A DNA stretch of 64,000 nucleotides from Eledone cirrhosa (lineage: Eukaryota), in NCBI GenBank assembly GCA_964016885.1, contig OZ024743.1, positions 111,042,001 through 111,106,000 on the forward strand, in the 5' to 3' direction. Shown in pieces: positions 1 through 13,106 of this stretch. The notes beneath the pieces were generated by a model that searched no databases, was not told the DNA's origin, and saw only the letters and a program-made list of their open reading frames with translations. Position numbers and translations under genes: made by a program. Each line of letters opens with the position of its first letter. Positions within the stretch are counted from its first letter, which is position 1.

Positions 1-600
1 TTTGAGAGCTTCGTACTACTCCTAAATCTATAAACAGGAAATCTCACCGGATGTTAGATGATACGTCTTGTAATTGTAATATTATTGGTAAGGCTTACCG
101 CTGGTACTAATAGGTTTCATATACATTTTATTAATCATTACTTCGTTGGTGTGTATGCTGGAGGTATTTACAAATGGAGGTAATTTCGGAATATTAGTAT
201 TAATCTTCTTACTAATATAGTTAGGAGAGTTGTAGAAGTAGATTCCTATATAATTAATTGCATCACCATACGAAATATACATGAGTTAACATAAATTCTG
301 GTGGTAATTTCATTTTGGTGATTAAACACCTCATTTCAATTATTTATGTAAATCTACATTTATATAGTTACTCAATTATTGTATAAAATGCAACATATGG
401 CAGTATTTAAATCTGTGTATTTAAATATCATGTTATGTATACATGTCTTTGGTTAGGTTTGAAGTGACGAGGCAGTTCAACATCCGTTAAATATAGGATT
501 TGACTTTAAACGCAAGCAACATCAACAATCATAAGCACGTATCCATGAGTTTGTACATACACAGCCAGTCAAACGTTTATAATAATCCTCTAAAATTTCC
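1..600 (-). pseudogene. Possible decayed parvovirus-like capsid (VP) C-terminal remnant (unit A)
   Basis: Broken frames give MKLPPEFMLTHV and YGDAINYIGIYFYNS. Position is downstream of, and on the same strand as, the NS1-like (6350-7640) and VP-like (3925-4300) remnants. Weak on its own. Confidence 0.25.
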
Positions 601-744
601 CTAAAATCTACAAGCTTAAAAAGTGTAAGATACGCAAATTATCAGAGTTCTACTTAAGGCACTGTATCAGCAGTTTGCTTGAAAGGAAACGCCATTGAAT
701 CGATCCTGGTACGTGTCTCGTATTTTTAATTGTCCATCCTAAAA

Positions 745-928
745 TAATTGATTTTACATTTGGCACAAGGCCAGCAAATACCCAGTACATTACTGGTACT
801 TTATTTTATCGACCCTGTAAGGATGAAAGGCAAAGTTGAACTCGGCAGGATTTGAACTCAGAATGGAAAGGGCGGTAACTCTATGCGTCAAAGCATGGTA
901 TATGACCCTCTACCGATACTGCCACATT
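745..928 (-). mobile_element. tRNA-derived SINE (dominant family in window)
   Basis: Reverse complement has A-box-like TGGCAGTATCGGT, B-box GAGTTCAAATCC, core ctttgcctttcatccttacagggtcgataaaataaagtaccagt and tail ggccttgtgccaaa. Confidence 0.9.
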
Positions 929-1759
929 GATCGTCGGGTGAGTTGAACACAGACAACTGAAAAAAATTGTGTAACATATTTTATCCTACATCAAAACTAT
1001 TCTGCAAATCCAGCAATGTTTCTTTTTACCGGTAGTATGATTAGTAGTGGAGTAAGACTTTGTATCGTAGAAATCTCTCTTGGCTAACGCAGTGCTGCAG
1101 TAAGCTGCCGATCTGTCAAAAACAGCCTTATATAAAGAATGATTAGAAATCCTAGTTCTGATTCGGATATATAATCTCCCGCATTTTACAATATATATAT
1201 GTATGTGTGTGTATATATATATAATTCTTTATAAAATATGGTGTAGTTTCAGCGAGAAAACTCATAAACTAAACTATAATAAAAGAAGGTTTGCGGGATG
1301 CATACGGTTTATTTCTTTTAACCAGTTAGTAAAATAAGTTGAATTACTTTGAATGAATAAGGAAAGAATATTACCTACTTAATGTACTAAATGTCGTAAA
1401 CATAAATAATTTCATAAAAATAAATAATTTAAAATTGATTTCTTTTCAAAGTTGCACTTCCGTTATATCGTTGCCACCACCACCACTTCAACTAACATAT
1501 AGAAAGCGAGTATGTGTGATGAGAGAGTTTGAGAGATTATGATTTTCTACACGCTGCGCGTATGAGGGTGCACATACATACATCTATATGTATGAGTATA
1601 TAACTATAATTGTGCAAACACAAACATATAAAAATACACCCTCACGGACATAATTCACAGAAATACACATACATTCACACATACATTTACACAAACACAC
1701 ACATAGCAGCGTACAGTGAAATTGGAAATGGGGGGGGGGGGGGTAAAACAAGTATAACG

Positions 1760-2445
1760 TTTTATTTATTTATTAACTCTTTTTTTTAAAATCATTTAAT
1801 ATAATGTTTACAGAATCAAAACACAAACAAATATAATATATACAAAGGAAAGGGAAAGTATACAAATAAAGAGTAAAAATACACAAGCAGGTAATACACA
1901 CATCTTAGGCCACAGAACAATATGCAGGCGAAAGAGTAGTAAAAGAGCCGCTACCAGAGCAAAATATACCAATATAACAAGGAGCACTGGGACACCTATC
2001 TAATATTTTTTGAGGCAGGCCAGTACGCTCGCTGGGTTACCTGGGATGATGGCGAGGCTGAGGTGCTGAACAACCAAGTGCCCTCACGAGCAATCACCAG
2101 TTAACTCTGTTTGGAGAGCCGCCAGTGAAAATAAGAATCTCGCTGTCAGTAGCCCGACTCCCCCAAACGTCTCGAACACACAGGCTGGATAATGCAGTTA
2201 GCTGACAGAACACGGTATTTTAGTATTTTGTTCTGTTCAGCTGCAGATGCTGTAGCTCTCGCTCTTACCGCTGCATCCAGAATGTGGGAAGAAGCAAAAG
2301 AGTCACTAACTGTGACGTCCCAGGTAAGGCACCTGCCTCTTGAACCGGAGCACAGAACAAAACCGTCATGTATTTTCCCATCAATTTCGGAGAACCCAGA
2401 CGGTTCCAAAGCTGAAGGGATGTCTACCCGTGTCAAAGTTCTTGA
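1760..2445 (-). mobile_element. CRE-clade non-LTR retrotransposon, 3' fragment (RLE endonuclease plus 3' UTR)
   Basis: ORF 2146-2436 LEPSG..DG...GRCLTWDVTVSDSFA...AEQNKILKY...QPV, continuing out of frame as ETFGG..LSLAIIPGNPASVL. This matches the CRE-type restriction-like endonuclease C-terminus. Confidence 0.8.
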
Positions 2446-2629
2446 GTGGTAATAGGACAGTATGTATATGTGCGCGCTTATGATATTTGTCGGCGTTCTT
2501 AAAGTAGAGATACGTGTGTGTGTGTCTCTGTTTTTAAGTTAGACATATATATGTGTGTATCCCTTTCATTCATTTTACACACACATACACATAGACACAG
2601 CGTGATGGACGGGTGGACAGAAGTCCTTC

Positions 2630-3090
2630 AAATTCATATACATGTGAATGGAGTTCTACTGAAGCAGTTAGAGAAGTTCAAGTATCTTGGAGCCGTGTTC
2701 ATGAGTGATGGAATGCAGGAGGATGAATTAAGTGCAAGAATTGCAAAAGCTGATGCAGTAATGCGCCAGCCTCAACATTCAGCAATCCGATGAAGGGGGA
2801 TAAGTGTAAAAGCCAAACTCGCTGTCTTCCTGGTGTTCCTGCCAACTCTTACCTAGGATCATGAATCTTTAGTAATGACCAACAGATTACAATTGCAAAT
2901 AAAATTGGCAGAAATGAGATTCCTCCGAAGGGTCTTTATAGTAACGTTACTCGATAAAGTGCATAACTCAGAGACCGGAGAGTCACTCCTGGTAGAGCAT
3001 TTCTGGTAGAGCTACTTCTCCGAATTGAGAGATCACAACTCCCATATGATGAGCCTGTGGTTAGAATGTCTCAGTAAATAATCGCTGGAC
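2630..3090 (+). mobile_element. RTE-clade LINE (Expander/Rex3-like) RT C-terminal fragment
   Basis: LKQLEKFKYLGAVFMSDG..ELSARIAKADAVMRQ..AKLAVF..AEMRFLRRV..LLRIERSQL, with stops. Confidence 0.85.
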
Positions 3091-3095
3091 ACATA

Positions 3096-3540
3096 AGAAA
3101 TAATTATTGTGGGTAAATGGTGGGTAAAATGATTATTGAGGGTAAAGTTGTTGCTAAACAGGTAGGTAAAATAATTATTGTGGGTAAAGTGGTAGGTAAA
3201 ATAATTATTGTGGGTAAAAAGGGGGGTAAAATAATTATTGTGGGTAAAAGTGGGTAAAATGATTATTGTGTGTAAAGTGGTGCGTAAAATGATTATTGTG
3301 AGTAATCTGGTAGGTAAAATAATAATTGTGAGTAGAAATGGGACCCCCCGAATAAAAAACGGACCCCTCGAATAAAAACGCCCCGTATAACCCCCTCCCC
3401 CCCAACAAAAAACGGATCTCCCCCAAATAAAAAATGGATCCCCCCAAATAAAAAACGGACGCCTAAATAAAAAACAAATGCCTCCCAAATAAAAACGGTT
3501 ACCCCCCCCCTCCCCAAATAATAAACGGACCTCCCCAAAT
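3096..3540. repeat. Two adjacent minisatellites (~30 bp aaataattattgtgggtaaagtggtaggta; ~21 bp ccccccaaataaaaaacgga)
   Basis: About 8 and about 9 degenerate units visible directly. They account for the low-complexity ORF 3033-3689. Confidence 0.85.
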
Positions 3541-3920
3541 GTCGGCCAACTACATTTTTCAGCCTGTGGCGTTCGAGACGTTTGGGAAAGTCGAGCTATT
3601 GACTGAGAGACTCCTATCTTCACTGGCGCCTTACTTAACAGAGGTAACTGGTGACACGTGAGGGCCCTTGGTTGTTCCAGTGCCATCACCCGAGGTAACG
3701 TCGCGAGCGTGCTGGCTTGCCTAGAAAATCATTAGAGAGGTTTCCCAGTGCTCCTCGCGATACTATTATCTTTCAATCTGGTAGCGGCTCGGTTGTCCAC
3801 CCCTTTCGCCTGCCTTTTGTTGTATGTGGACGCAGATGTGTGAGCCAACGACTTTGTTTACCTTTCCTTTATATTATAATTGTTTGTGCTTTCTTTCTGT
3901 AAGCATTGTATTATTATTGG
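3540..3920 (+). mobile_element. CRE-clade 3' fragment (same family as 1760-2445)
   Basis: SANYIFQPVAFETFGKV..EVTGD..AITRGNVASVL, then 3' UTR cccagtgctcct..ctggtagcggctc shared with 1760-2445 and 4870-5030. Confidence 0.8.
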
Positions 3921-3924
3921 CATT

Positions 3925-4300
3925 CAAGGATGGTAGGAGGATACATAGATTTCAAGTATTGCAAAGTTGTTGAAATATTGCATTAGTTTCATCAAACGCT
4001 CATCAAAATAGCGAAGGTAGTTGTAAAATGAAACTCACTAAATTCAATTTGGAACAACGGTAATCGATAGTTTGCATAACTCGTAGAATAGTATTTTGAT
4101 TGAGGAAGAGCCACGACTTCTTTGAATCGAGAAATGGTAAACCCATGTCCGATACTACGGACATAGGTTTACCATTTCTAAGCCCCAACACATCAAAATG
4201 TGACCCGGCTCTAGACAGCAAGCATAATGGTTGGAAAACATCAATGATCTCAATTAAATTGCAATTTCGTTATAACGTCGCATTGGTTATCTAAAATATT
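3925..4300 (-). pseudogene. Decayed parvovirus-like capsid (VP) segment (unit A)
   Basis: KSWLFLNQNTILRVMQTIDYRCSKLNLVSFILQ, then in another frame FNNFAILEIYVSSYHP. Resembles parvoviral jelly-roll W..hxxN...D(W/Y), KLxxxx and NN..h.hy segments. Confidence 0.4.
4130..4179. repeat. 22-bp inverted repeat hairpin (1 mismatch, 6-nt loop)
   Basis: agaaatggtaaacccatgtccg-atacta-cggacataggtttaccatttct. Confidence 0.9.
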
Positions 4301-4679
4301 CCTTCCAGGTTGTGCGTTCAATGGTTTACATTTTTTTCGGGTTCGATAAAATAGTATGTATCAGTCCAATACAGGGATCAATTGTCCTCTTTAACAAATC
4401 TTTATATTATTTCACACCAAAGAATATTCTCTAACTCACTAAATAATTATTTGGCAGCGTCCGAGACTTGTAGAGTGGAACGGCAGAAGCAGTGACTAAG
4501 AAACAAGCTATATTATAGGTCATCTCTTTATTTGCGACATAACATAAGACCGCGGCACATCATAACCCTTTTTCTTGAAAATATACCAAATATAATTATT
4601 TGCCACCATATAATGTAGAATAAGTGATTTGTTCCTTTTTTTCCAAGGATACGTAATTTTGCACTGTGGCTCTTTCCAC

Positions 4680-4850
4680 AATTATTACACTTACCATACC
4701 AGAAATTATCCAGTGCATTACTGGTACATTATTTTATCGACCTCGTAGGGATGAAAGGCAAAGTTAACCTTGGCGGGATTTGAACTCAGACTGTAAACGG
4801 ACGTAACTATCCTGGAAAGCATGGCGTCCGAACCTCTAACGATATTGCCA
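4680..4850 (-). mobile_element. tRNA-derived SINE copy
   Basis: Same core and B box as 745-928. Confidence 0.85.
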
Positions 4851-4869
4851 ATAATAATACAATGCTTAC

Positions 4870-5030
4870 AGATTGAAAGCACAAACAAATATAATATAAA
4901 GCCGTTAGCACACACATCTGGGACTACATACAACAAAAGGCCGGCGAAAAGGGTGGACAACCGAGCCGCTACCAGATTGAAAGATAATAGTATCGCGAGG
5001 AGCACTGGGAAACCTCTCTAATGATTTTTT
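4870..5030 (-). mobile_element. CRE-family 3' UTR fragment
   Basis: Reverse complement of 3725-3900 (gagccgctaccagattgaaagataatagtatcgcgaggagcactgggaaacctctctaatgat). Confidence 0.8.
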
Positions 5031-5169
5031 GTAGGGTAAATGTCCCAAATATGCTTCAAACTAACCATATAGTTCATTAGAAATTGACGCAGAAGCGGCA
5101 GACAAGAATGGGCTTCCTTGAGAGGACGAATATGTGAGATTTTGCAGCTATGAGGTGCATTTTCACTCC

Positions 5170-5930
5170 CGACTGCCAGTGTTTAGGGCATTTTCCAGAG
5201 ATCCAGGACATCTGCCATACAAGAATCCGCCACATAATACCTTATCTATGTAAAGTCTTTATCATATCGGGCCGAATTCTATCCTCACTTTCTGACATGC
5301 AACAGTTGAGCCCTTTAATTGCTCTTGTGACTTCCGACTCCTAGTGATTTGTCATTGCTCCCAGGTGCATCTTGTGTACACCAGAATATACTTTTGTGAC
5401 CGGGTTTAATAGATCAGCAAATTATTCTCTCCACATCACATATTTTTACCTCTCTGATGAGAGGAAAATTACAAACTTGTTCCTGATAGCATCTATGGTC
5501 GAGGACTTCTTATTACGAAGTTGGCGGATGGCCTGCCAGAACAATTTATTTGCTGCATTGAATTTGGATTTCCATTTAACTGCAAAGTCCTTCTATGTCC
5601 GAATTGTTGATGGTTTTACTATTTTACCGCAAGTACAAGAATGAGGATTTATTTCTAAACCGAACTTTGGTCGGATGACATCTTTGACCTCAGGCGAACT
5701 TTCAAGAGACAGAGTCTCAGTCTTAACTGTATACAGTCCATAATACAGTCTGACAGGATGCTGTTTGTGAGTATCCCTGATACCAGCTGTGCAGTCATAT
5801 CTTGCATCACACCTGGATAGTGGAGTTGTCATCTACTACCCAAATCTACAATGCAGAGCCACGAAAATTTGTTGAGGAAACCCTGACTATATGTAACCTG
5901 TAGTATCTAACCTCTTCTACTAGTTCCTAC
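5170..5930 (-). mobile_element. Degraded RTE-clade LINE fragment
   Basis: NKLFWQAIRQLRNKK and ESEVTRAIKGL..EDRIRPDMIK..SWISGKCPKHWQSGV, i.e. RTE linker and RT domain 0. Confidence 0.7.
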
Positions 5931-5959
5931 TCCATACATGAAAGATGTATGATGTTCCT

Positions 5960-6350
5960 GGTTCCAATTGACGTTTCTGCCCTCTAAGTTCTGTGTTCAA
6001 ATCCCTCTGTGGTCAACTTTCTTCCTTCTAAAATCGATAAGATAGAATGTCATTCAAATACTGGGTTGAAATAATTGAGTTTCCCCTCCCAACAAATTGT
6101 GGGCCTTGAGCCTAGAGTAAAACTCATTACATTACGCGGCACTGAAGGTTTGGCTGAGTTTTTAGAGCCTCCGACAAATGTATAGCACTGTTTCTTCTGG
6201 TTCTACCGTCTGAGTTCAAAACCCTACTATTTCACAGTCGCATTTCATCCTATAATGGTCAATCAAATAACGTAGCAGATATCTACTCGTTGCAATACAA
6301 ATCACTTTCTCTTTCCTCCAAATTGCTGGTTATGTATAAATCTTATAAGG
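5960..6350 (+). mobile_element. Two degraded SINE copies
   Basis: Two B-box remnants (gttcaaatccc, gagttcaaa) and tails gggccttgagcct and aattgctgg. Confidence 0.6.
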
Positions 6351-7640
6351 ACGTAAATTACGTCGTAGTATTCGTATACAGAAGAGGTAACATCGATGGA
6401 ACTGATGCGAGTATATTAATTATATTTATTTTATCAACAACGGAAGTATGAACTGTTACTGTTATTCACTTTTGAATTTTAATATAGATTACAGTGTATT
6501 GAAGCGAAATATTTCCAAAGCATTCATGGTGATGATCGATCGTTTTATCTAAGCCCGGTGTTTCATCATACGCAATTATAATGAAGCAAAGTTTGTATTC
6601 ATATCATATAATTTACTATGGCAAGCACAGGGCATTGATAGCGTAATGGCATCGACTTCCTTATTAACACTTATGGATGAATATTTATTAAACCCTTGTG
6701 ATATTAAAAAGAAATTGAGTGCACAGTTTAATGTTAAGTTTGTTACTAAAAGTAACACATGATGGTACACTTCAGCTGTATTTCAGAGAAGACACAATTG
6801 AAGACTTAGTGTTGTTATATAGATTCAGCTAAGCTTTAACTTGGTAAATGTAAGAAGAAAGGAGTTCAATCCATCAATATGACGTCCGTTTCTCGGGATT
6901 TGCATATGTATTTCTAATTATTAATAGATATTCCTCTTTTCTGGAAATAGGTTTTAATACCTAGCTGCTAATTTTAGCAAAAAGACCGATCAGATAGAGA
7001 TGCCGTCCTTCTTTGATAAACAAATAAAAATATGATACATTAGTATTCACTATCTGACTGGGCAAATATGAGTTAAGTGAAGTTGAAGTGTTAGAAGCGA
7101 AAAGCTAAAATGAATGTCACAGACAGCCAAGAGCTTCGGCATTTACTGCATTAGATATATATGCTGACATATATACATCCGTACAGGCATATGTAAGTAT
7201 ATTCAGGCATGTAAACACACTTTTCTTTTATATATGAAATTAAACAAGTTGACCTTATGTCTAAGTGCAGTATAGATTGTATAAATAAATATTGTTTGAA
7301 AATTCAAAACATTTTTAATGCAACTTTCTGACTTCCACTATTTTATCTACAACAAGGTGTTTACTTTCAATTAAATCTTTCAATGTCATCTTGTTGTTGT
7401 CTTTAAAAATTTAAAGTCCTTTGTTCTCCTAGCAATATATGTATGTTTTCTATGATAAAACTGAACCAGACTAAATCTTTTGACATCAAAATGCGTTCTA
7501 TCAATTCTTTCGGACTTTTAGTCTACGCTTGTCAACATTGATCTTTTATTCGCCTTCTTTTGCTATACATTCCGCAACACATCTGTACATCGAATGAAAT
7601 CTATTTGTTCGTTTCTTTCATTCTTTTTACTAGTATTATT
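6350..7640 (-). pseudogene. Decayed endogenous parvovirus/densovirus-like NS1 (HUH nuclease plus SF3 helicase), unit A
   Basis: In order: WFSFIIE-NIHILL (~7430-7475, one substitution from HUH HIH); LISQG..(decayed Walker A)..AITLSMP..NTNF; then after a frameshift IIAYDE (Walker B, 6562-6579), TIDHHHECF..IYIKIQK (motif B'), TSVVDKIN (motif C), VPSMLPLLYTNTTT. Spacing matches densoviral NS1 helicases. Confidence 0.6.
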
Positions 7641-8049
7641 AATAACAAAGCAGTTACTGCGACAGTGATTGTTGTTTTTTGTTGTTGTTGGTAATATTGT
7701 TTTACTGCTATTACATTTACTATTTTTGTTGTTGTTGATGTTGATGTTGTTGTTGTTGTCGATGTTGATGTTGTTGTTGTTGTTGTTGCGGTTGTTAATA
7801 ATAATAATATTATATTTGGTATTCAGTCTGTCAAGACATGAGTGCACATCGCTCCGTAAGTTTTGATAATTTTCACGTGCTTACATAGTATTCATTGTTA
7901 TATGATCTGTCTCAAACTATCTTTAGGGCTCCATACATTGCCCTATGAAAATGATACCCCGTAATTTTTGGCCCTTTGGCAAAAATATTCAAATTTTATT
8001 TGTATTTTCATGCCAACTACCGCAAAAGAAAATTAAAGGAGATATGTCC

Positions 8050-11000
8050 TTCTTGGAACTAGTTGTCTTGTGACGGCGACCAAATGTCGACTGTAATGGC
8101 AACCCACCCCAACAATGTCACCACAGTTATACCCACTTCACTACAGACAGACTTATCACGGATAACTGATACTCCCTGTGTTTTCTCCACCCTGTAGGCT
8201 AATCTGGAGTGTCCTCTCCAGGTGTATGGGGCAGGTTGTGTTGATAAGTGATCATAGAATGGATTGGCTGGATACAGGTCTGAGCCATGTGATTTGAAGG
8301 ACAGGATGTTGCCCATGCATCATGTCTCCTCTCTCCACAAGGCTGCTAGATCCGAAGGAGCAGCGAGGCTGCTACACTTTGGCAGCAGCGCTGTGACAGG
8401 AGCTGAGCTGCCAGAACGGAGTAGTAATCCATGACGAACTTCTTTAGGGGCTCCGACTCCGGATTTTTCCACAAGTTTTACTCCTGAAGCCTTCCCATCA
8501 TTGTATATCACCGCAAGGTAGCGGTGCTTTGGATTCAGAGTGAGTTGTCCTTCTCCTAGATGGAATAGCTGCCAAGGCTAACGACCTCCATTTGGCCCAA
8601 TGTGGCAGAGTTGCAGGGTAGCCAATAGTAGGACAATCCAGGGAAACCAGAACAACCTGACCTGACTGCAACCCACATATATACATGCTAATAGAAAGCC
8701 TTTGACTCACAAGGGTTCCTCCCCCCTTTGACAGCTTTTGTTTTCCGACCTGCAGGAGGTCCAATAATCACTCTCCTCACCACCGCAACCTGGTGGTGTT
8801 GTCGGTTTAGTCGCAAACGGCATGACTATTGAAAAGGTTGTACTGGGTTACATGTTACCTGTAGCACCCAGGAGTGACCTGACACTCATTTGGCATAAAG
8901 CAAGGACCCAGGTGTTGTTCCCGATGGCGGGAGAGATTTTCAGATCTCACTGAACAGCTATCACCCGCCTCAATCTGGGTAGCCCCTAGCTAGTAAAGTG
9001 TTGTCCCATCACAGTCTGCTTTCCTCATTGGGTGCATGGGGCTTAGGATTCATCCTAAGAGTAGAACGCAACCATTGCCGCAGGTAAAACAACCAAGCAA
9101 CAAAAAATACCATCTTTAAAAGCGGGAAATTGGAATATCCGTACAAAGATGAATGGCTTTTCCAACAACATACTGAACATGTGTGACGAGCTAAAGAGAC
9201 TGAACGTGGACATTCCCACCCATCAGGAAACGCGACTGGCTGACTCAGGTACACTGAAGGAAAATGACTACACATTCTACTGGCAGGAGCTCAGAAAAGC
9301 CAAGAGAGTATGGAATAGGCTTCGCAGGGAAGAACCACCTGCTGAGTATGGTAAAACGAGGGAATAACGTCTCAGAGAGACTTCTGACTCTCCGCCTCAA
9401 AACCATCGCAGTTCCCGTCGCCCTTCTCAGCGTGTATGCCGCAACGCTGCCGTCCACATCAGATACAAAGGATAGGTTCTATGAGAACCTTACATCCACT
9501 ATCAGCAACATCCCCAGCAGGGAACAACTCATTCTCCTTGGGGATTTCAATGCCAGAGTGGACGCAGATGATGACTCATGGTCCTCCTGCCTTGAACAGT
9601 TTAGTGTCGGAAACAAATAAATTACAATGGAGAGCGGCTTCTCGAGTTGTGCTCTTACCACAACCTGTGCTTCACCAACTGCTACTCCTACACAATTTTT
9701 CCTGGAGACATCCACGCTCAAAGCACTGGCAACAGCTGGATCTCATTCTGGTGAGACGTACCGTCATCAAGAACGTTCTCCACACACGCTCCTCCAACAG
9801 TGCAGACTATGACACAGACCACTCCTTGAAGAGAAGTGTGGAGCTCTACTCTGACCTCTACTCCAGACAGAACAACGTGTCCCACTCGGCTCTCGATGCT
9901 GTTAAGTACCTGCCTATCATGGAACAGCTTGATGCTGAGCCAACTTTGAAATAGCTCAACGAGTCCATTAAGAGCTGGGCCTCTGGCAAGGCCCCATCCT
10001 GGCAAGAAGGCGCTGTGCCACAGGACATGAGGGACGCTAACATCACTACTCTCTATAAGAAATTAAGAGAAAGAAGCGACTGCAACACATACAGGGGCAT
10101 TACCCTTCTCAGTGTCATCGGCAAGGTATTCGCATGGGTTATCTTGATCCGCCTACAGAAGCAGACATAGCATGTGTACCCAGTACCACAGTGCTGCTTC
10201 CGAGCCAAGCAACCTACAGTATACAGGGTATTCTACCCCCAACAACTCCAGAAGAAATGCAGGGAACAGGACATGCCCCTGCATGATGCTCCTATCGACC
10301 TCACCATGGCGTTTGACCTGGTTAGTAGAAACAGTCTCCTCAAATCCCCGCTAAAATTGGCTGTCCACTGGGATTGCAGAGAATGGTCGAATATTTCCAC
10401 ACCAACACGAAGGTGACAGTGCAGCTTAACGCGGGCCCCACTTTGTTATGCTGTTGAAGCTTGCATTCGGCACTGAAACAGCGGATCTTCCTACATACCA
10501 GATCAGACGAGAAGCTGTTCAACCTTTCTCACCTCCGAGCGAGGACAAAGGTACGTAAAATGCTCATTAGAGACATGATGTTTGCCGAAGATACAGCAGT
10601 TGCAACGCTCTCCAGCAAGCATCCCAGATGCTGATGGACCTCTTCTCCCAGGCACGCGGGCATTTTGGACTGCATTTTGTACTGCAGGCATTTGGGATCA
10701 TCAGCCTTGGGAAGACAAATGTCTCGGGACATAAGGGAGAGGCAACACCGATCAGCAAAATCGATGACAATGAGCTCGACGGCATCCATCAGTTCTTCCA
10801 TCATCAACAAACTCTCTTTGGACACAGAGCTTGACAGGATGATTGGGAAAGCATACACAGCATTTTCTCACCTCACAACTCGAGTCTGAACAAACCCCAA
10901 GCTAATAGTAAAGACCAAGATGGCTGTGTACGATGCCTGTGTCATCGGCACACTTCTGTATGGCAGTGAGACATGGCCCCCATATGCTAGACAGGAGAGG

Positions 11001-11535
11001 TGACTCGACACCTTCCATCTGAGAAGCCTGTGCTGTATCCGAAGTCTTTGTTCGTGCTGGCCTTCCCAGCATGTTTACCCGGTCCGACAGTTCAGACTCT
11101 GCTGGCTAGGACGTCCATCGGATGAATGATGGCCGCATCCCAAAAGACATCTTATATGGGGATATGGCCTCCGGAAAGAGAGCCACAAGCTGACCTCGTC
11201 TGCGATATAAGGACATTGTGAGATATGAAGGACATTGAGATGAACACAGATTCCTTTAAGGGCCTCGCAGCAGACCGGCCATGATGGAGAAACACCCTGA
11301 ATCAACACCTCAAATCGGGAGAGGAGTGTTTGATGACTGCAGCAGCGGACGTGAGAGCCCGGCGAAGTAGCGCAATAAATCCAACAGACCAGAGACCATA
11401 TACATATGTGTTCTCTGAGACTGAGACTGTCACTCACGTATATGTCTGTTTAGTCACCGGAGATGCTGCTCCAGCTAAGCTGACAACAGGATATTACCCA
11501 TGGTTTGCCTTGACCGAAGGATGCCTTAACTGAAA
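8050..11535 (+). mobile_element. RTE-clade (BovB-like) LINE, internally deleted pseudogene with long 5' UTR
   Basis: APE motifs WNIRT, YTFYWQ, PREYGIGFA, VYAATL, LGDFNARV, SWRHPRSKHWQQLDLILVRR; RT remnants (DLTMAFDLV, MFAEDTA); 3' end ccatggt...gaccgaaggatgcc. Many stops and frameshifts; 5' boundary approximate. Confidence 0.9.
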
Positions 11536-11539
11536 TTAA

Positions 11540-13062
11540 CAGACAAGACGCCCGCCGTCACCCACAAGATCATCAACGACAACAACAATAATAGAAACAA
11601 CAACAACGAGAATTACTGTAGCAGCAGCAGGACGAGCAGCAACAACTCCAACGATAACAACCGTAACAGCAGCAAGAACATCGACAATGACAACAATGAC
11701 AGCAACATCAACAGAAACGACTACAACAACAACATCAAAGGCAGCACTACTAACGTCACCACTATTAATTCTACCACCATGACAGACACAAAGCCCACCG
11801 TTGCCATCAACACTACACCAACAACAACGACAGCAGCAGCAACATCTACAACGAAGATGGTGACGACCACAGCAGCAACCACAGCAACAACTACAACGAA
11901 GACGATCGCGCCCACAACAACAACAGCAACAATGGCAATGACGATAACAAACAGCAGCAACAACAACAACATCGATGACTATGACAACAATAGCAGCAAC
12001 AACAACGACCACAACGATAAAGAGAGCAGCATCAACAACAACGGCAACGACAAAAACCAGGACAGCAATAGCTACGACAACAGCAGCAGCAACAATAGCA
12101 ACACAAAAAATGACATTTGCAGCTATGTTTCCGGAAACAACGGAACTGTTCAACATGGACTTCAGTGGAAGCAGCCAAACTTCTATAAGTATAGAAAACC
12201 TGGGCCAACATAAGTGTTCCGCCTGAGGTAATGGCAGCATCAGAGGGAAAGGCTTTCATATATTGACAGTAAGTCAAAAAGATAGAGCTGGCTCCTTCAT
12301 CCAATGTGGAGGTGCATCTGAAGGATTTGATGTTAGACATTCAACACGTGACAAGAGCGAAGGAATTTGGAAACATCTCGGGGAGGGTTAATAGCAAGTG
12401 CCTTGCAAAAAAATATCTCTGTTGTCCTCTGACCAATATATTTTGTTTCACGTTGGATGAAAGCACTGAAGATCCGCATTTAAGGAATCCCGCCAAAAAA
12501 ATAGACATCTCGTGGATCCTAGTCGGCGTAGTGCTAGAAGGAAGCGAAAGGCTCCTCGAAGTAAGAAGGTCCAGGAGAGGAAACTTGTCTGGCACCAGTC
12601 AAAAGGTACTTCTCCAGATCTCTGGCCTAATTCATCTGCCGGGTGGCGTGAGACTAAGGTCATATGTAATGGCATTTTGCCCTCAACAAAAAAAGTCACC
12701 TTCTACTGACGGCACCATAAACTCAACAGTAAGAAAAACAACAAAGAAGAGCAGCAGCATTTGCGCAAATGACAACACAACAACCAACAGCAGCTACTGA
12801 ATCACCACCACCACCACCGTTAACAATAAGAATAACAACAAATAAACCGACTCCAAAGCCGGCACACAGAAAAGCTATCCTTCTCCAACTCTCCATCTCC
12901 TCTACTAAACACAAACACACACACAGACCTCACACAAACATAAACACTCTGCCACTAACATCTTAAATATATATTGGGACATCCTACTCTTGATGTGAAG
13001 ATGATGGAAAAACCTTTCCTCTTCTTCTACTACTACTACTAATACTACTACTGCTGCTACTG

Positions 13063-13106
<44 letters not shown>

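Noticed and set aside
3096-3540. CRISPR-like array
   Set aside because: Units are contiguous with no unique spacers, in eukaryotic context with no cas genes.
3033-3689. 218-aa ORF
   Set aside because: It spans antisense CRE sequence and two minisatellites.
8050-8400. HDV-like ribozyme at the RTE 5' end
   Set aside because: Known in some RTEs, but I could not fold the nested pseudoknot by eye here.
11536-12240. Membrane-protein-like hydrophobic ORFs (also 34100-34756, 44001-44591)
   Set aside because: Antisense to CAA/ACA-rich Tx1 ORF1 sequence.
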